Below, piece after piece: positions 17,351 through 26,333 of a stretch of 32,000 bases of DNA. Both the position numbers and the translations under genes were made by a program. The notes under the pieces were generated by a model. The model ran no database searches. It worked only from the letters and a program-made list of their open reading frames with translations, and was not told where the DNA came from. Where the stretch lies: contig JAUIFI010000001.1 in NCBI GenBank assembly GCA_030429505.1, forward strand, positions 991,207 to 1,023,206, given 5' to 3'. Numbering within the stretch: the first letter of the stretch is position 1; each line of letters begins with the position of its first letter. The DNA comes from Candidatus Saccharimonadota bacterium. GTDB lineage: Bacteria; Patescibacteriota; Gracilibacteria; UBA4473.

Positions 17351-18133
17351 TCAGAGGGGTGATATCAAGTGTAAGAAATGAGAAGGTGAGAGATTTTCAT
17401 ATTGGAGCATAAGAATATCTAGTTTTGACTGAAGCTCTCCATGACGAGTTCCCAACTCAACCGAAAGAGTCTGCTGAGAACGAAAACGAGACTTATTTCT
17501 ACGAATACTTCGATTCAACTCTTGAACGCTATTTTGAATAGGTTCAATCGTATTTCGATAATAAATTTGTTTCAAAGCAACACGAGTTGCTTCCTTTGGA
17601 TCATAGTATGTATAGGCAGCACCAGCAATCCACGAAACAAATGTGTGTTCTTGTAAAACACTATAAGCAGCTTGGCTTATAGAATCAGCAAAAGGAATCT
17701 CCGTATGGGTAAGCGTATACAAAACAGTAGTATCTGTGTCGGGAAGGATTTCCCCCATAACCGCTGATGCTACTATATGGTCGAGACTGTAAGCTTCAAT
17801 TTCCTGCTTGAGTTCATACGCTTTTGTAGCTTGCACTTCCAAATCACTTTCAAGTGAAAGAATATCACGAATGAAATTTGCTTGTTGAATTTCGCACTGA
17901 AGTATCGCAGAATCAAGAATCTCAATAGAATCTTTAACTATACGTATTTCAGACATCAACGAGTCTCGAGCATGCAGATAAGCATGTGATGCTGTACTAT
18001 CCCGCCTCAAGCGCGTTTGTTCCAAAACCAGATAATTATCTGAAACGGAAATCAACGTATAGCATAATATTATAGCAACCAAGACAAATCCGCCCACAAT
18101 AGAAACGGTCAATGAAAGAGATGGTTTGTTCAC
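17351..18133 (-). CDS. membrane-anchored helical hypothetical protein (260 aa)
   Basis: GTG start with GAGGA 8 nt upstream. One N-terminal TM helix, then a long helical, Gln/Glu/Leu-rich region. No family recognised. Confidence 0.6.
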   Translation of the reverse strand: MNKPSLSLTVSIVGGFVLVAIILCYTLISVSDNYLVLEQTRLRRDSTASHAYLHARDSLMSEIRIVKDSIEILDSAILQCEIQQANFIRDILSLESDLEVQATKAYELKQEIEAYSLDHIVASAVMGEILPDTDTTVLYTLTHTEIPFADSISQAAYSVLQEHTFVSWIAGAAYTYYDPKEATRVALKQIYYRNTIEPIQNSVQELNRSIRRNKSRFRSQQTLSVELGTRHGELQSKLDILMLQYENLSPSHFLHLISPL

Positions 18134-18318
18134 AAGACATCCTCACTGTAATTTAAAAATTTCTACCCTTACTGTTCAAGGCAAACAGTATGAAGATAGA
18201 TGATGACTTCAAAGAAAATAAAAATATCTCTTCATAAATAGGAGACTAGCAAGAAATAATAATTTCTCTGTCTCTGTCAAAATGAAACCATAAGATTAAT
18301 TTAATATAAAGATAAGTC

Positions 18319-18341
18319 TACTTCCTTCTTAAGGAAGTAGA
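18319..18341 (-). terminator. putative terminator of the SLH-protein gene
   Basis: Perfect 8-bp hairpin ctacttcc/ggaagtag directly downstream of the minus-strand stop at 18348. The T tract is only weak. Confidence 0.35.
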
Positions 18342-18347
18342 AAATAA

Positions 18348-20360
18348 CTATTTCACATGAACCTGCAAAATATTATGAAAGCGATGAAGTCCTAAATCTC
18401 GATGAGATTTTTTATAGAAAAGATTGGTTTCAACATTGACTATCTGCTTATCAGGATTTTTTCTAACGACAGCACTATACGACACGACTCCATGATTAAA
18501 TTGTAAGCAACGAAACATGTGAGAGTCATGAAGACAATTTTTGTGAAGAGGAAAAGAAGATATCTCGGTAAAAAAACTAGGAAGTTCATGAACCAATCTT
18601 TCTGCTACGTAAGGCTGAGGAAGATCAAATTCAAACGTTATCCCTTCCCCTTCCTTTAGTATTACTGAGTGAGGATTTTCAAAAAAGGCATCTTTGGTTT
18701 TGATACGAAAAGATACAGATTTTTGAAAAACATTATCAAGACCTCCATCTTCATTTTTATCCCATATTTGTTCCGGTGGAATTTCCTCTGAAGAAAAAGA
18801 TGAAAGATTCTGAGGATGAATCGACACCAAAGAAAAAGTATTTTTACCAGTTTTATCAAGAACTAAACCGTAAAGATTTCCAGTTTTTGGATGTATGTGA
18901 AGTTCTTTTACAGAAAATGATAAAGCAAACTGTTGTACCGAAAAATCATTCGTATCAATAACAAAAAGGCGTGAAGAAGCAGAAGTATTGTCAACAACAC
19001 TATATTTTTTCGTTTCAATATTATATACACCGCTCCCACCATAATAACGCTTAAGATCAGGAATAAGAATTTTCTTTTGGATCACCCCACTTCCAAGATT
19101 AAATGATGTAAAGTACATACTATTATCCTGATTCAAAAGCCCATATAGCGTATTGCTTTCTGTATCAATCGCCAATTCTCGCATATCTGGAGGTACGGAA
19201 CGTTGAACTGCCACCTGACCAGTCTGGGGATAGATCATATAGAGCCTAGAAACAAGGTTGGCTTCATAGCCCAAAAGAACATAAGTTTTTGTTTTTGGAT
19301 TATAGGCAGAACTCCCTCCTGTATATGCCTTCATGCTAGGAATAAAAATTCTCCGTTTTACTGTGAAATCTGATAAATCCAAAGAAACAAAATACATATC
19401 AGTTTCAAGATTTTTATTCTCTATCTTACTCACTCGTTCAATACCATAAAGACTATTTGATTCCAGATCGATCTGGAGTTCCATTAATTCTCTGAAAGGT
19501 TTCTGTGTTTCTATATCACCTGCATTCGTATCTATGACATACAATTGTGGCAGACCATCTTTATCATAACCACGAAGTAAGTATTTATCAGTATTGGAGT
19601 TATAGGTTGAACTGCCGCTAATAAAAAAGTTCAAGTCAGGAATAACATCCAGAATAACTTTTGAACTATCTTCTAAAATAGTAGAACCTGTATTTGAATC
19701 GGTATTCGATTCATCTATACGTTCTTGTCCCGCGAATAAATATTGATAGATAGCCACCGCCACTTCATTTCGTGTCAAAAAACGACTTGGTTCTAAATTG
19801 GTAGCACTTCTTTTGGGAAATAAATCATATTTCTCTGCCGCACCAGCAAAAGGTGAAAACCAGTCCTGAAAGGCGACATCATCATAAGCATGATCAATAT
19901 TTTTTGTAATCCCATATGCTTGGGTCATCATCTTTAAAAATTCAGCCGTATTGACTGATCTTTCCGGACGAAAAAAACCATCTGGATAGCCATCGATAAT
20001 ATTTGATTCTGCTGCTTTGAGAACATATGGGGCATACCATTGGTCTCGCAATACATCAAAAAACTGATCATTATCAGTAAACTGACCGGTATCGATTTTT
20101 GCTGAAAGCAATAAAAATTTAGCCGCTTCGGCTCTATTGACCGGACGATTTCCTTTAAATTCTCCATCCGGATAGCCATTAATAATGCCGTGTTCACGAA
20201 GTGTGGTGGCGGCAATCTGCTCTAAGCTTCCTGGCAACATATCAGGAAAGTGAACGACCTGCTGAGTAGTATCTGATGCAGCTTTTCCAACGTGAAAGCT
20301 AAAAGAAATAAGCACTCCCAAGAGGAATGCTCCCATAAATCGAGAAAAAATATTTTGCAT
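18348..20360 (-). CDS. S-layer-homology (3x SLH) surface protein with three repeats of about 95 aa
   Basis: Signal peptide, then three SLH motifs (GIINGYPDGEFKGNRPVNRAEAAKFL; NIIDGYPDGFFRPERSVNTAEFLKMM; TRNEVAVAIYQYL). Three homologous repeats follow (GSSxYNxxTxxY...LYVID/LYMIY/LFVID...SNxLYG). The ATG at 20360 has GAGGA upstream; the track GTG is at 20369. Confidence 0.85.
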   Translation of the reverse strand: MQNIFSRFMGAFLLGVLISFSFHVGKAASDTTQQVVHFPDMLPGSLEQIAATTLREHGIINGYPDGEFKGNRPVNRAEAAKFLLLSAKIDTGQFTDNDQFFDVLRDQWYAPYVLKAAESNIIDGYPDGFFRPERSVNTAEFLKMMTQAYGITKNIDHAYDDVAFQDWFSPFAGAAEKYDLFPKRSATNLEPSRFLTRNEVAVAIYQYLFAGQERIDESNTDSNTGSTILEDSSKVILDVIPDLNFFISGSSTYNSNTDKYLLRGYDKDGLPQLYVIDTNAGDIETQKPFRELMELQIDLESNSLYGIERVSKIENKNLETDMYFVSLDLSDFTVKRRIFIPSMKAYTGGSSAYNPKTKTYVLLGYEANLVSRLYMIYPQTGQVAVQRSVPPDMRELAIDTESNTLYGLLNQDNSMYFTSFNLGSGVIQKKILIPDLKRYYGGSGVYNIETKKYSVVDNTSASSRLFVIDTNDFSVQQFALSFSVKELHIHPKTGNLYGLVLDKTGKNTFSLVSIHPQNLSSFSSEEIPPEQIWDKNEDGGLDNVFQKSVSFRIKTKDAFFENPHSVILKEGEGITFEFDLPQPYVAERLVHELPSFFTEISSFPLHKNCLHDSHMFRCLQFNHGVVSYSAVVRKNPDKQIVNVETNLFYKKSHRDLGLHRFHNILQVHVK

Positions 20361-20706
20361 TATCCTCACTATAAACTGCTTCTCAAAAGAAAAAAAGCCT
20401 GTGAGGTAACAAGCTTTTTTTCATAGTAAATATTTATAAATATTAAAATTACTTCAGTAATGTTAATTTTTCCACCTTCATAAGAATTTCTTTAAGCATC
20501 ACCTGCTTGTGCTTGTTTCACAAATTGAATCAGGCACGCGTTCATTATCTCCGCCTTATCCAACTATACTATAATCTTTAGTGATGGTTGGGAAATGAGC
20601 GTTGGTCATCAGTTCACTCGTATCATAATAAATAAGGAATTGGAAACACTTCCGATACCCATAACTGACAGAAAAAAATGTGCGACATTTTTTTTAAAAT
20701 AAAGAT

Positions 20707-20745
20707 AAAAAAAAACGCCGGAACCTTCTGGGAGAAGGTCCGGCG
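20707..20745 (-). terminator. intrinsic terminator
   Basis: GC-rich 12-bp stem (cgccggaaccttc / gaaggtccggcg, one bulged A), 5-nt loop, followed on the minus strand by T9. Confidence 0.8.
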
Positions 20746-20923
20746 GAGTAATCAAGCTTCCATCCAAACTGAGTAATGAAATCAGTGGAAAACCAGTTTG
20801 AATGGAACATTGCATCGATTGCTTAATCGCGGTAAGCAATCGGCAGCAACAGCAGCAACAAAGGCAGGTTAGCGATAATCACCGTTTATCCGAGAGTCTT
20901 GAATATCAACTCAAACTCCAGGC
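20707..20923 (-). ncRNA. candidate structured small RNA of about 215 nt, class unknown
   Basis: Bounded by a TTGACA-17-TATCTT promoter and a strong intrinsic terminator, both on the minus strand. The interior holds a 10-bp perfect hairpin (20816-20825 with 20833-20842), a 13-bp helix (20761-20774 with 20793-20805) and a tandem 9-mer. No credible ORF. Confidence 0.4.
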
Positions 20924-20929
20924 GCAAAC

Positions 20930-20958
20930 AAGATAAAAAATCCTGTGACACATGTCAA
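20930..20958 (-). promoter_or_regulatory. sigma70-type promoter of the RNA candidate
   Basis: On the minus strand: TTGACA (20958-20953), 17-nt spacer, TATCTT (20935-20930). It lies 30 nt downstream of the ccdA stop. Confidence 0.4.
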
Positions 20959-20987
20959 AGTTTTCTTAAATTTTTATGAAGGACGCT

Positions 20988-21716
20988 TCATTCTTCGAAT
21001 TTTTCCAGAAGTTGTTCTTCGATTTTCGTAACATCAAAATAGTTGTTATCCAGTAGATATGCTTCAAGCTTTTTATCATATCCCGTTAAGATAGCCACTC
21101 CCACAATGAAAAAGAGAACTCCTAGGAGTTTTCGAAACCAGCCATGAGGATTCGCCGCCCAACGAAATCGAGCAATCGCTTTTTGTCCAAAAAAAGCAAT
21201 GATAAACATAACCGAAGCCAAGCCTAATCCATAAGCTAATAAATTGATAAATCCGATAAAAAAGCTCGCTGGAAGTACCGTTGCTAAAATCACAAAATAC
21301 ACTGGACTGCAGCTCGCAAATACTGGACCCAAAGAAGCTCCAATAAGAATCATCCCCCAAACTCCCTTTTTTTGATTCGCTTGAGAAAGAAGCTTACTCG
21401 AACCGTTGCCAAATTTAAATTTCTCAGAGACCTTTTCCCACAGATTGGGGAAAAGCGTAATAATACCAAAGAAAATAATAATCCCTCCAGACAGTCCTTT
21501 CCAAAAGGATCGAGGGATATCAATGAGTAAGGTAGAGGCTTTTAAGAGTAAAGTAAAAAGAATAATTGATCCCCCCAAAGACAACGTAATGATGAGAGGG
21601 CGCCATGGATTTTTATCCGTTAAACTCCCTCCAATCACCACTGGCAATACTGGCAAGACACAGGGCGCCAAGACAGTAAGAATTCCTGCCAAAAATGAGA
21701 GGAGGAGAAAGTCCAT
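20988..21716 (-). CDS. ccdA: CcdA/DsbD-family thiol-disulfide transmembrane electron transporter
   Basis: Polytopic membrane protein with the LAPCVLPVLP motif in TM1 and a second conserved Cys (FASCSPV). Confidence 0.85.
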   Translation of the reverse strand: MDFLLLSFLAGILTVLAPCVLPVLPVVIGGSLTDKNPWRPLIITLSLGGSIILFTLLLKASTLLIDIPRSFWKGLSGGIIIFFGIITLFPNLWEKVSEKFKFGNGSSKLLSQANQKKGVWGMILIGASLGPVFASCSPVYFVILATVLPASFFIGFINLLAYGLGLASVMFIIAFFGQKAIARFRWAANPHGWFRKLLGVLFFIVGVAILTGYDKKLEAYLLDNNYFDVTKIEEQLLEKFEE

Positions 21717-21794
21717 GACCTTTTAAGTGTACAGAAAAAAGGAAAAGAAAAAAGAGGTCATCAAGACCTCTTTTTTCTTAATTACAGTAAAAAT

Positions 21795-22286
21795 TTAGCT
21801 TGAGAAATGTTCGGTAACAACCTCTATAGAAGGATCAGTTGCGATTTTCACAACTTCTCCAGAAGCGTCAAAGAACACAGCTGTTGATTGTTGGGTAACA
21901 CCCAATTCTTGCAGCAACGCTTCTTCGGTATCGTAATCTGCCTTTAAGATGACAGTATTTTCAGGAAGTCGAGCCATAGATTCCATGATTTTCGCCTCCC
22001 AAGCTTTGCATGTTGGGCACCAATCTGCGTGAAAGAATACAACAAAAGGTTGATTCCCTTTGAGTTCTGCCATACTTTCCGCAGAATATTCTTTGTACAT
22101 AGTATTATCTTGCATCATAGCTTCCCCTTTTTCTTCCATAGAACCGTCATTATGCATAGTGTCCTCTTTGTTTATCATAGATTCTTCCATTCCATCAGTA
22201 TTATCAGTAGAAGGGACATGTTGACATCCAACTAAAATTAGACCAAAAACAAGGGTTAAAAGCGTTTTGCTCATCATAAAAAACAT
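21795..22286 (-). CDS. thioredoxin-fold lipoprotein (TlpA/ResA-like) with a Met-rich linker
   Basis: Lipobox LVGC, active site WCPTC within FVVFFHADWCPTCKAW, and an intervening Met/Glu/Asp-rich segment. ATG codons at 22277 and 22274 are alternative starts. Confidence 0.8.
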   Translation of the reverse strand: MFFMMSKTLLTLVFGLILVGCQHVPSTDNTDGMEESMINKEDTMHNDGSMEEKGEAMMQDNTMYKEYSAESMAELKGNQPFVVFFHADWCPTCKAWEAKIMESMARLPENTVILKADYDTEEALLQELGVTQQSTAVFFDASGEVVKIATDPSIEVVTEHFSS

Positions 22287-22362
22287 TAATAGATACGAAC
22301 AAAGTTTATTTTAAAGGAGAAGAAAAAAGGATCAAATTTTTTTAAAGAGAATTTCAGTTGCT

Positions 22363-24654
22363 TCAATCTGAAAGTCCATAAATTTCTCGCGGCTTAGCTC
22401 CTCTTGATGGACCAATGATTCCTCGTCCTTCCATTTGATCTAAGATCCGAGCCGCTCTCGCATAGCCGATTTCAAGCCTTCGTTGTAGGAAACTCGCAGA
22501 AGCTTTATTGGTTTCCAATACCACAAATACAGCATCTTGAAATAAAGGATCGAGATTTTCATCACTCGTAGCTTCTGAACCAGCGGTCAAAACACCTCCT
22601 TTGGCCATTCCTTCAATAGATTGATTGGTAATCTCGTCATTCGCAATCATTTCCGGGAACTGGAGTTTGATGTGATTCGTTACTCGTTCGACTTCTTCAT
22701 TTGATATATAAATCCCTTGAAGGCGTGTAAGTGTTCCACTATTTCCATCGAGATTGAGCATATCTCCAAAGCCCAATAAGTCTTCAGCTCCAATCTGATC
22801 AATAATTGTTCGAGAATCTATTCCCGAAGACACTTTAAAGGCGATTCGTGCTGGTAAATTGGCTTTGATAAGTCCCGTTACGACATCGACAGATGGACGT
22901 TGAGTTGCCACAATTAAATGCATACCGACCGCTCTCGCCATTTGAGCAATTCGACAAATCGCTGCTTCCACGTCTTTCCCTGCTACCATCATCAGATCTG
23001 CTAGCTCATCAATGACAATCACAATAAACGGTTCTTTTTCATCTTTATGTTTGTCATTGTATTCCGTAATATTTCGACACTTAGCTTTCTCAAACAACTT
23101 ATATCGACGATTCATCTCCGCCACAGCCCACGCTAAAGCCGAGACACATTTCTCTGGTTCTACAATTACAGGTGTCAAAAGGTACGGTAAATTATTGTAC
23201 AAAGACAATTCTACTCGCTTTGGATCAACGAGGATGAGTTTGAGTTTGTCTGGAGAGTTTTGCCACAAAAGAGATATCAAAAATGAATTCATCGCCACAG
23301 ATTTTCCAGAACCCGTCTTTCCAGCGATAAGCAAGTGAGGCATTTTTTGAAGATCTGCCACAAAAGGTTTTCCGGCTACATCTCGTCCCAAAGCTAGTTT
23401 GAGGTTCGAATCCGCATCAGCCCAGACATCAGACTCCAAAATTTCCCGCATACCGACAATGGCTCGGTCATCATTTGGTATCTCAATTCCCACCAAAGAT
23501 CGACCTTGAATCGGAGCTTCAATCCGTAAATTTTTCGCAGCCAATGCCAAGGCCAAATCATTCTTGAGAGCAGTAATTTTCGTAAGTTTGATCCCCGCCG
23601 AAGGTTGTAATGTAAATTGTGTCACCGTGGGTCCTACGTGGACAGATTTCATGATGACTTCAATTCCAAATTGTTCTAACTTTTCTCGAATCACCTCGGC
23701 TTTTTGACGAATTTTGGCTTCATCGACCACGATAGTAGAAATTTTCTCTTTTAGTAACTCAATATCTGGCGGCTCCCAAGTGCCGGAAAGTGCCTGATTT
23801 TTCGCTTTCGTTAATTCATCTTCCTTTTCTTCCAGGTCAACTGTGTTGGTTGAAGAAGGTTTGTCTCCGGTGGAATCAATAATTTCCAATTCATTTTTAA
23901 AATGTTGGGCAGCGGGTGTGATTTTTTGCTTGGTATTTGATTTATTGGAAGAAGCATTGTCAGAAATCGGAAGGTCTTTCTGAGGTCGAAATTTCTGTAA
24001 AACATCAGAAATACGAATACCAAAAGCCACCATTCCTGACACCCAGAACAAACCAAAAAGAAGCACCGCCGCTACCGTATCTCCCAAAAATTCACGAGGA
24101 AAAAACCCAATCGCAAATCCCAAAGCTCCACCATATGATTTAGAATCAGCCAGAGAATCTTCTAACGGCACAAATAGATTTAAAAAACCAAGCAGAGACA
24201 CAAAAAAGAGCAAAATGGCAAGGACTCGGGCAGGAGGGAATGTTTTGTCTCGCTGTAATAAAAAAGCCACCCCAATTCCTCCCAGAAAAAGAGGAATCAA
24301 CCATGTCCCCATACCAAAAAGCTTTGCGAGTAATGCGAGAAGTGTAACCGAAAAATCAGTCGTACTAAAAAACAAAGTCACCAAAAAAACAGCCGCTACA
24401 ATCCAGATCACCGCCCAAATTTCCGTTTTCATCGAATCATTCATAAAAGAATCCCACGCTTCATCTGTTTCTTTTTGTTTCGCTACTTTTTTAGCGGCTT
24501 TTTCCTTCGCTTTCATGCGAACAGCTTTTGTTTTTTCTTTCTTTTTTTCATTGTCCAACATCTTTTTAGCCATCTTTTCAGCCTCTTTTTTGAGGATCGA
24601 AGAAGGGATCTTTACTTTTGGCGCAGGCTTTCTCTTGGAAAACATACCCAACAT
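22363..24654 (-). CDS. ftsK: DNA translocase FtsK/SpoIIIE
   Basis: N-terminal TM domain, Walker A GKTGSGKS, Walker B VIVIDELADL, and a C-terminal gamma winged-helix (SFLQRRLEIGYARAARILDQME). Confidence 0.95.
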   Translation of the reverse strand: MLGMFSKRKPAPKVKIPSSILKKEAEKMAKKMLDNEKKKEKTKAVRMKAKEKAAKKVAKQKETDEAWDSFMNDSMKTEIWAVIWIVAAVFLVTLFFSTTDFSVTLLALLAKLFGMGTWLIPLFLGGIGVAFLLQRDKTFPPARVLAILLFFVSLLGFLNLFVPLEDSLADSKSYGGALGFAIGFFPREFLGDTVAAVLLFGLFWVSGMVAFGIRISDVLQKFRPQKDLPISDNASSNKSNTKQKITPAAQHFKNELEIIDSTGDKPSSTNTVDLEEKEDELTKAKNQALSGTWEPPDIELLKEKISTIVVDEAKIRQKAEVIREKLEQFGIEVIMKSVHVGPTVTQFTLQPSAGIKLTKITALKNDLALALAAKNLRIEAPIQGRSLVGIEIPNDDRAIVGMREILESDVWADADSNLKLALGRDVAGKPFVADLQKMPHLLIAGKTGSGKSVAMNSFLISLLWQNSPDKLKLILVDPKRVELSLYNNLPYLLTPVIVEPEKCVSALAWAVAEMNRRYKLFEKAKCRNITEYNDKHKDEKEPFIVIVIDELADLMMVAGKDVEAAICRIAQMARAVGMHLIVATQRPSVDVVTGLIKANLPARIAFKVSSGIDSRTIIDQIGAEDLLGFGDMLNLDGNSGTLTRLQGIYISNEEVERVTNHIKLQFPEMIANDEITNQSIEGMAKGGVLTAGSEATSDENLDPLFQDAVFVVLETNKASASFLQRRLEIGYARAARILDQMEGRGIIGPSRGAKPREIYGLSD

Positions 24655-24834
24655 TATACCCTAAAAAAGTATAAAATAATATTGACAAAAGTGTGCAAAT
24701 ATTTTAAAAACAAATTAGTTCTTTCATATGTTCTGCTTTTTTCTTACCAAAAAAAGAAATATGAAGCCACCGATGTGCTGATTGAGCATCGGCAGGTCGG
24801 TGACTTATATATTTTCGAATTTGTGAGGTATCTT

Positions 24835-25191
24835 ATGTATAAACACATATCCGACCAAGCATCAAAGAAATTCTCATTCACTTACCGAATGGATGAATTC
24901 CACGTAATCCATGTGATTACAGTTGCGATTTCATCGAATTTGATCGATGAAAAAGTTTTTAACTTGATGCGAAACAATAAAAAAATAATTTGGCAGATGG
25001 TAGAACCGCTAGCCAAAGAAGCAGTCAAGGCTTTTGTTCAAAACTCGGATCTGAACGATGATCTGCGATTTCATGAGTCGCAAGAAATCTGTCTGGCAGG
25101 ACTCTCAGAAAAGTTTGACGTAACGTCTCTGGGAACTTGTGCTTGGTGGACAGAATCGATCGAATGGGAAGAGCAGGAATTGTGTAGCTAA
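24835..25191 (+). CDS. hypothetical protein (118 aa)
   Basis: The track ORF 24475..25191 is trimmed to the ATG at 24835 (GAGG 7 nt upstream) because its 5' part is antisense to ftsK. No family recognised. Confidence 0.45.
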   Translation: MYKHISDQASKKFSFTYRMDEFHVIHVITVAISSNLIDEKVFNLMRNNKKIIWQMVEPLAKEAVKAFVQNSDLNDDLRFHESQEICLAGLSEKFDVTSLGTCAWWTESIEWEEQELCS

Positions 25192-25220
25192 TAATGCGAC
25201 ACAAGAAATAACGTATTGTA

Positions 25221-25258
25221 GGGAGATATGCAGAATATCTGTGTATCTCTCTTTTTTT
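25221..25258 (+). terminator. intrinsic terminator
   Basis: Stem gggagata/tatctctc (with a G-U pair), followed by T7. It overlaps the 3' end of the convergent mutY-like gene. Confidence 0.5.
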
Positions 25259-26333
25259 ACGTTTTCATTTCCATCAACCTTTCCAACACCTTCTCATTCG
25301 CTTCCAAAAAATTAACTTTACCAAAATCCACTGGTGAGACCCAATCGAGCTTTTGCTTTTCCAAAGGCTGGGGCTCACCTTTCTGAATTTGACACCGATG
25401 AAAGCGAAGACGCAAGTGGACTTTTTCGAATTCATGTTCCTCTTCAAAAAAATGAGGTCTTACAGACACCTCAATCCCCAATTCTTCCAAAATTTCCCGC
25501 TTTACACACGCTCGAAAATCTTCGCCTTTTTCTCGTTTTCCACCTGGAAATTCCCACTTACCTTCAAAGCTTTTGCCTTTGGGGCGGCTTTGGATGAGGT
25601 ATTTTCCGTTTCGATGAATACACGCGATACCCACCTCAATGGTATGTTTTTTACTTTTCCCACTCTTCTTTTTGCTCTTTTGATTTAAAGAAGTGCGTTT
25701 AATGTTTCGAGTAGGTATAAATTTTGATGCTATTTGTGGCGGAAAAAATTGTCCTAACTCTCCTTTGATATCATCTCCATTTCGTAACGCTGTTGCCAAA
25801 TCCATCATAGCATTATTCCAATCTCGACCAGACGGACTGGCATAGACTAAGGTTTGCGCCATAGTTTCAACTTTTTCGCGAGACCATAAGATCTGAATGA
25901 TTTTAGTAATATTCGTGTCAATCGCTGGCACTTTTTTATCAAAAGCAAAGGCTAAGATCGCCCGAGCTGTATACTGACCAATACCGGGGAGTTGTTGCAA
26001 CTCAGTTGCATTAAGAGGAAATTGTCCGTCATGTTTCTGCACTATAATCTGAGCTGCTTTCAAAATATTCTTCCCTCGACGATAATATCCCAACCCCTTC
26101 CAACACGGAAAAACATCTTCCCACGTTGCTTTCGCCAAATCCTGAATGGTTGGAAAACGTTTCAAAAAATTTGGATAGAAATACTCTTTCACTCGGTTAA
26201 CCTGAGTTTGTTGAAGCATAATCTCAGAGATCCATATCTTGTACGGATCAATAGTTTCTCTCCAGGGAAGTTTACGACCATAGTCTTGATACCACCCCAA
26301 AAGGAGCTTGGTAAATGTAGCAGGCTCTTTCAT
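25257..26333 (-). CDS. mutY: MutY-type adenine DNA glycosylase fused to a MutT-type Nudix hydrolase domain
   Basis: N-terminal HhH-GPD region (EIMLQQTQV, LPGIGQYTARAIL, AIDTNI). A Lys-rich linker (KSKKKSGKSKKH). The C-terminal domain has a complete Nudix box GGKREKGEDFRACVKREILEELGI. ATG 26333 is preferred; the track TTG is at 26372. Confidence 0.85.
   Translation of the reverse strand: MKEPATFTKLLLGWYQDYGRKLPWRETIDPYKIWISEIMLQQTQVNRVKEYFYPNFLKRFPTIQDLAKATWEDVFPCWKGLGYYRRGKNILKAAQIIVQKHDGQFPLNATELQQLPGIGQYTARAILAFAFDKKVPAIDTNITKIIQILWSREKVETMAQTLVYASPSGRDWNNAMMDLATALRNGDDIKGELGQFFPPQIASKFIPTRNIKRTSLNQKSKKKSGKSKKHTIEVGIACIHRNGKYLIQSRPKGKSFEGKWEFPGGKREKGEDFRACVKREILEELGIEVSVRPHFFEEEHEFEKVHLRLRFHRCQIQKGEPQPLEKQKLDWVSPVDFGKVNFLEANEKVLERLMEMKT

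Noticed and set aside
20609-20839. 76-aa minus-strand ORF in the large intergenic gap
   Set aside because: It reads straight through the GC-rich terminator hairpin and U-tract and has no SD. The region is better explained as non-coding RNA plus terminator.
20707-20923. Identification of the RNA candidate as tmRNA, RNase P RNA, SRP RNA or 6S RNA
   Set aside because: There is no tRNA-like 3' end or tag reading frame ending in alanines. The partial resemblances are GGAGAAGGUCCGG to the RNase P GAGGAAAGUCCGG element, and AGCAGCAACAAAGGCAG to the SRP AGCAGCCAAGGCAG element. Both lie on the plus strand, opposite to the promoter and terminator, and lack the accompanying conserved elements (GNRA loop, ACAGAA..CGGCUUA). 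The RNA class is therefore left unassigned.
24215-24834. Plus-strand ORFs 24215..24664 and the 5' part of 24475..25191
   Set aside because: They are antisense to the Lys-rich N-terminus and TM domain of ftsK, and the Phe/Ser-rich translations are typical of antisense reading. Only the part after the ATG at 24835 (which has an SD) was kept.
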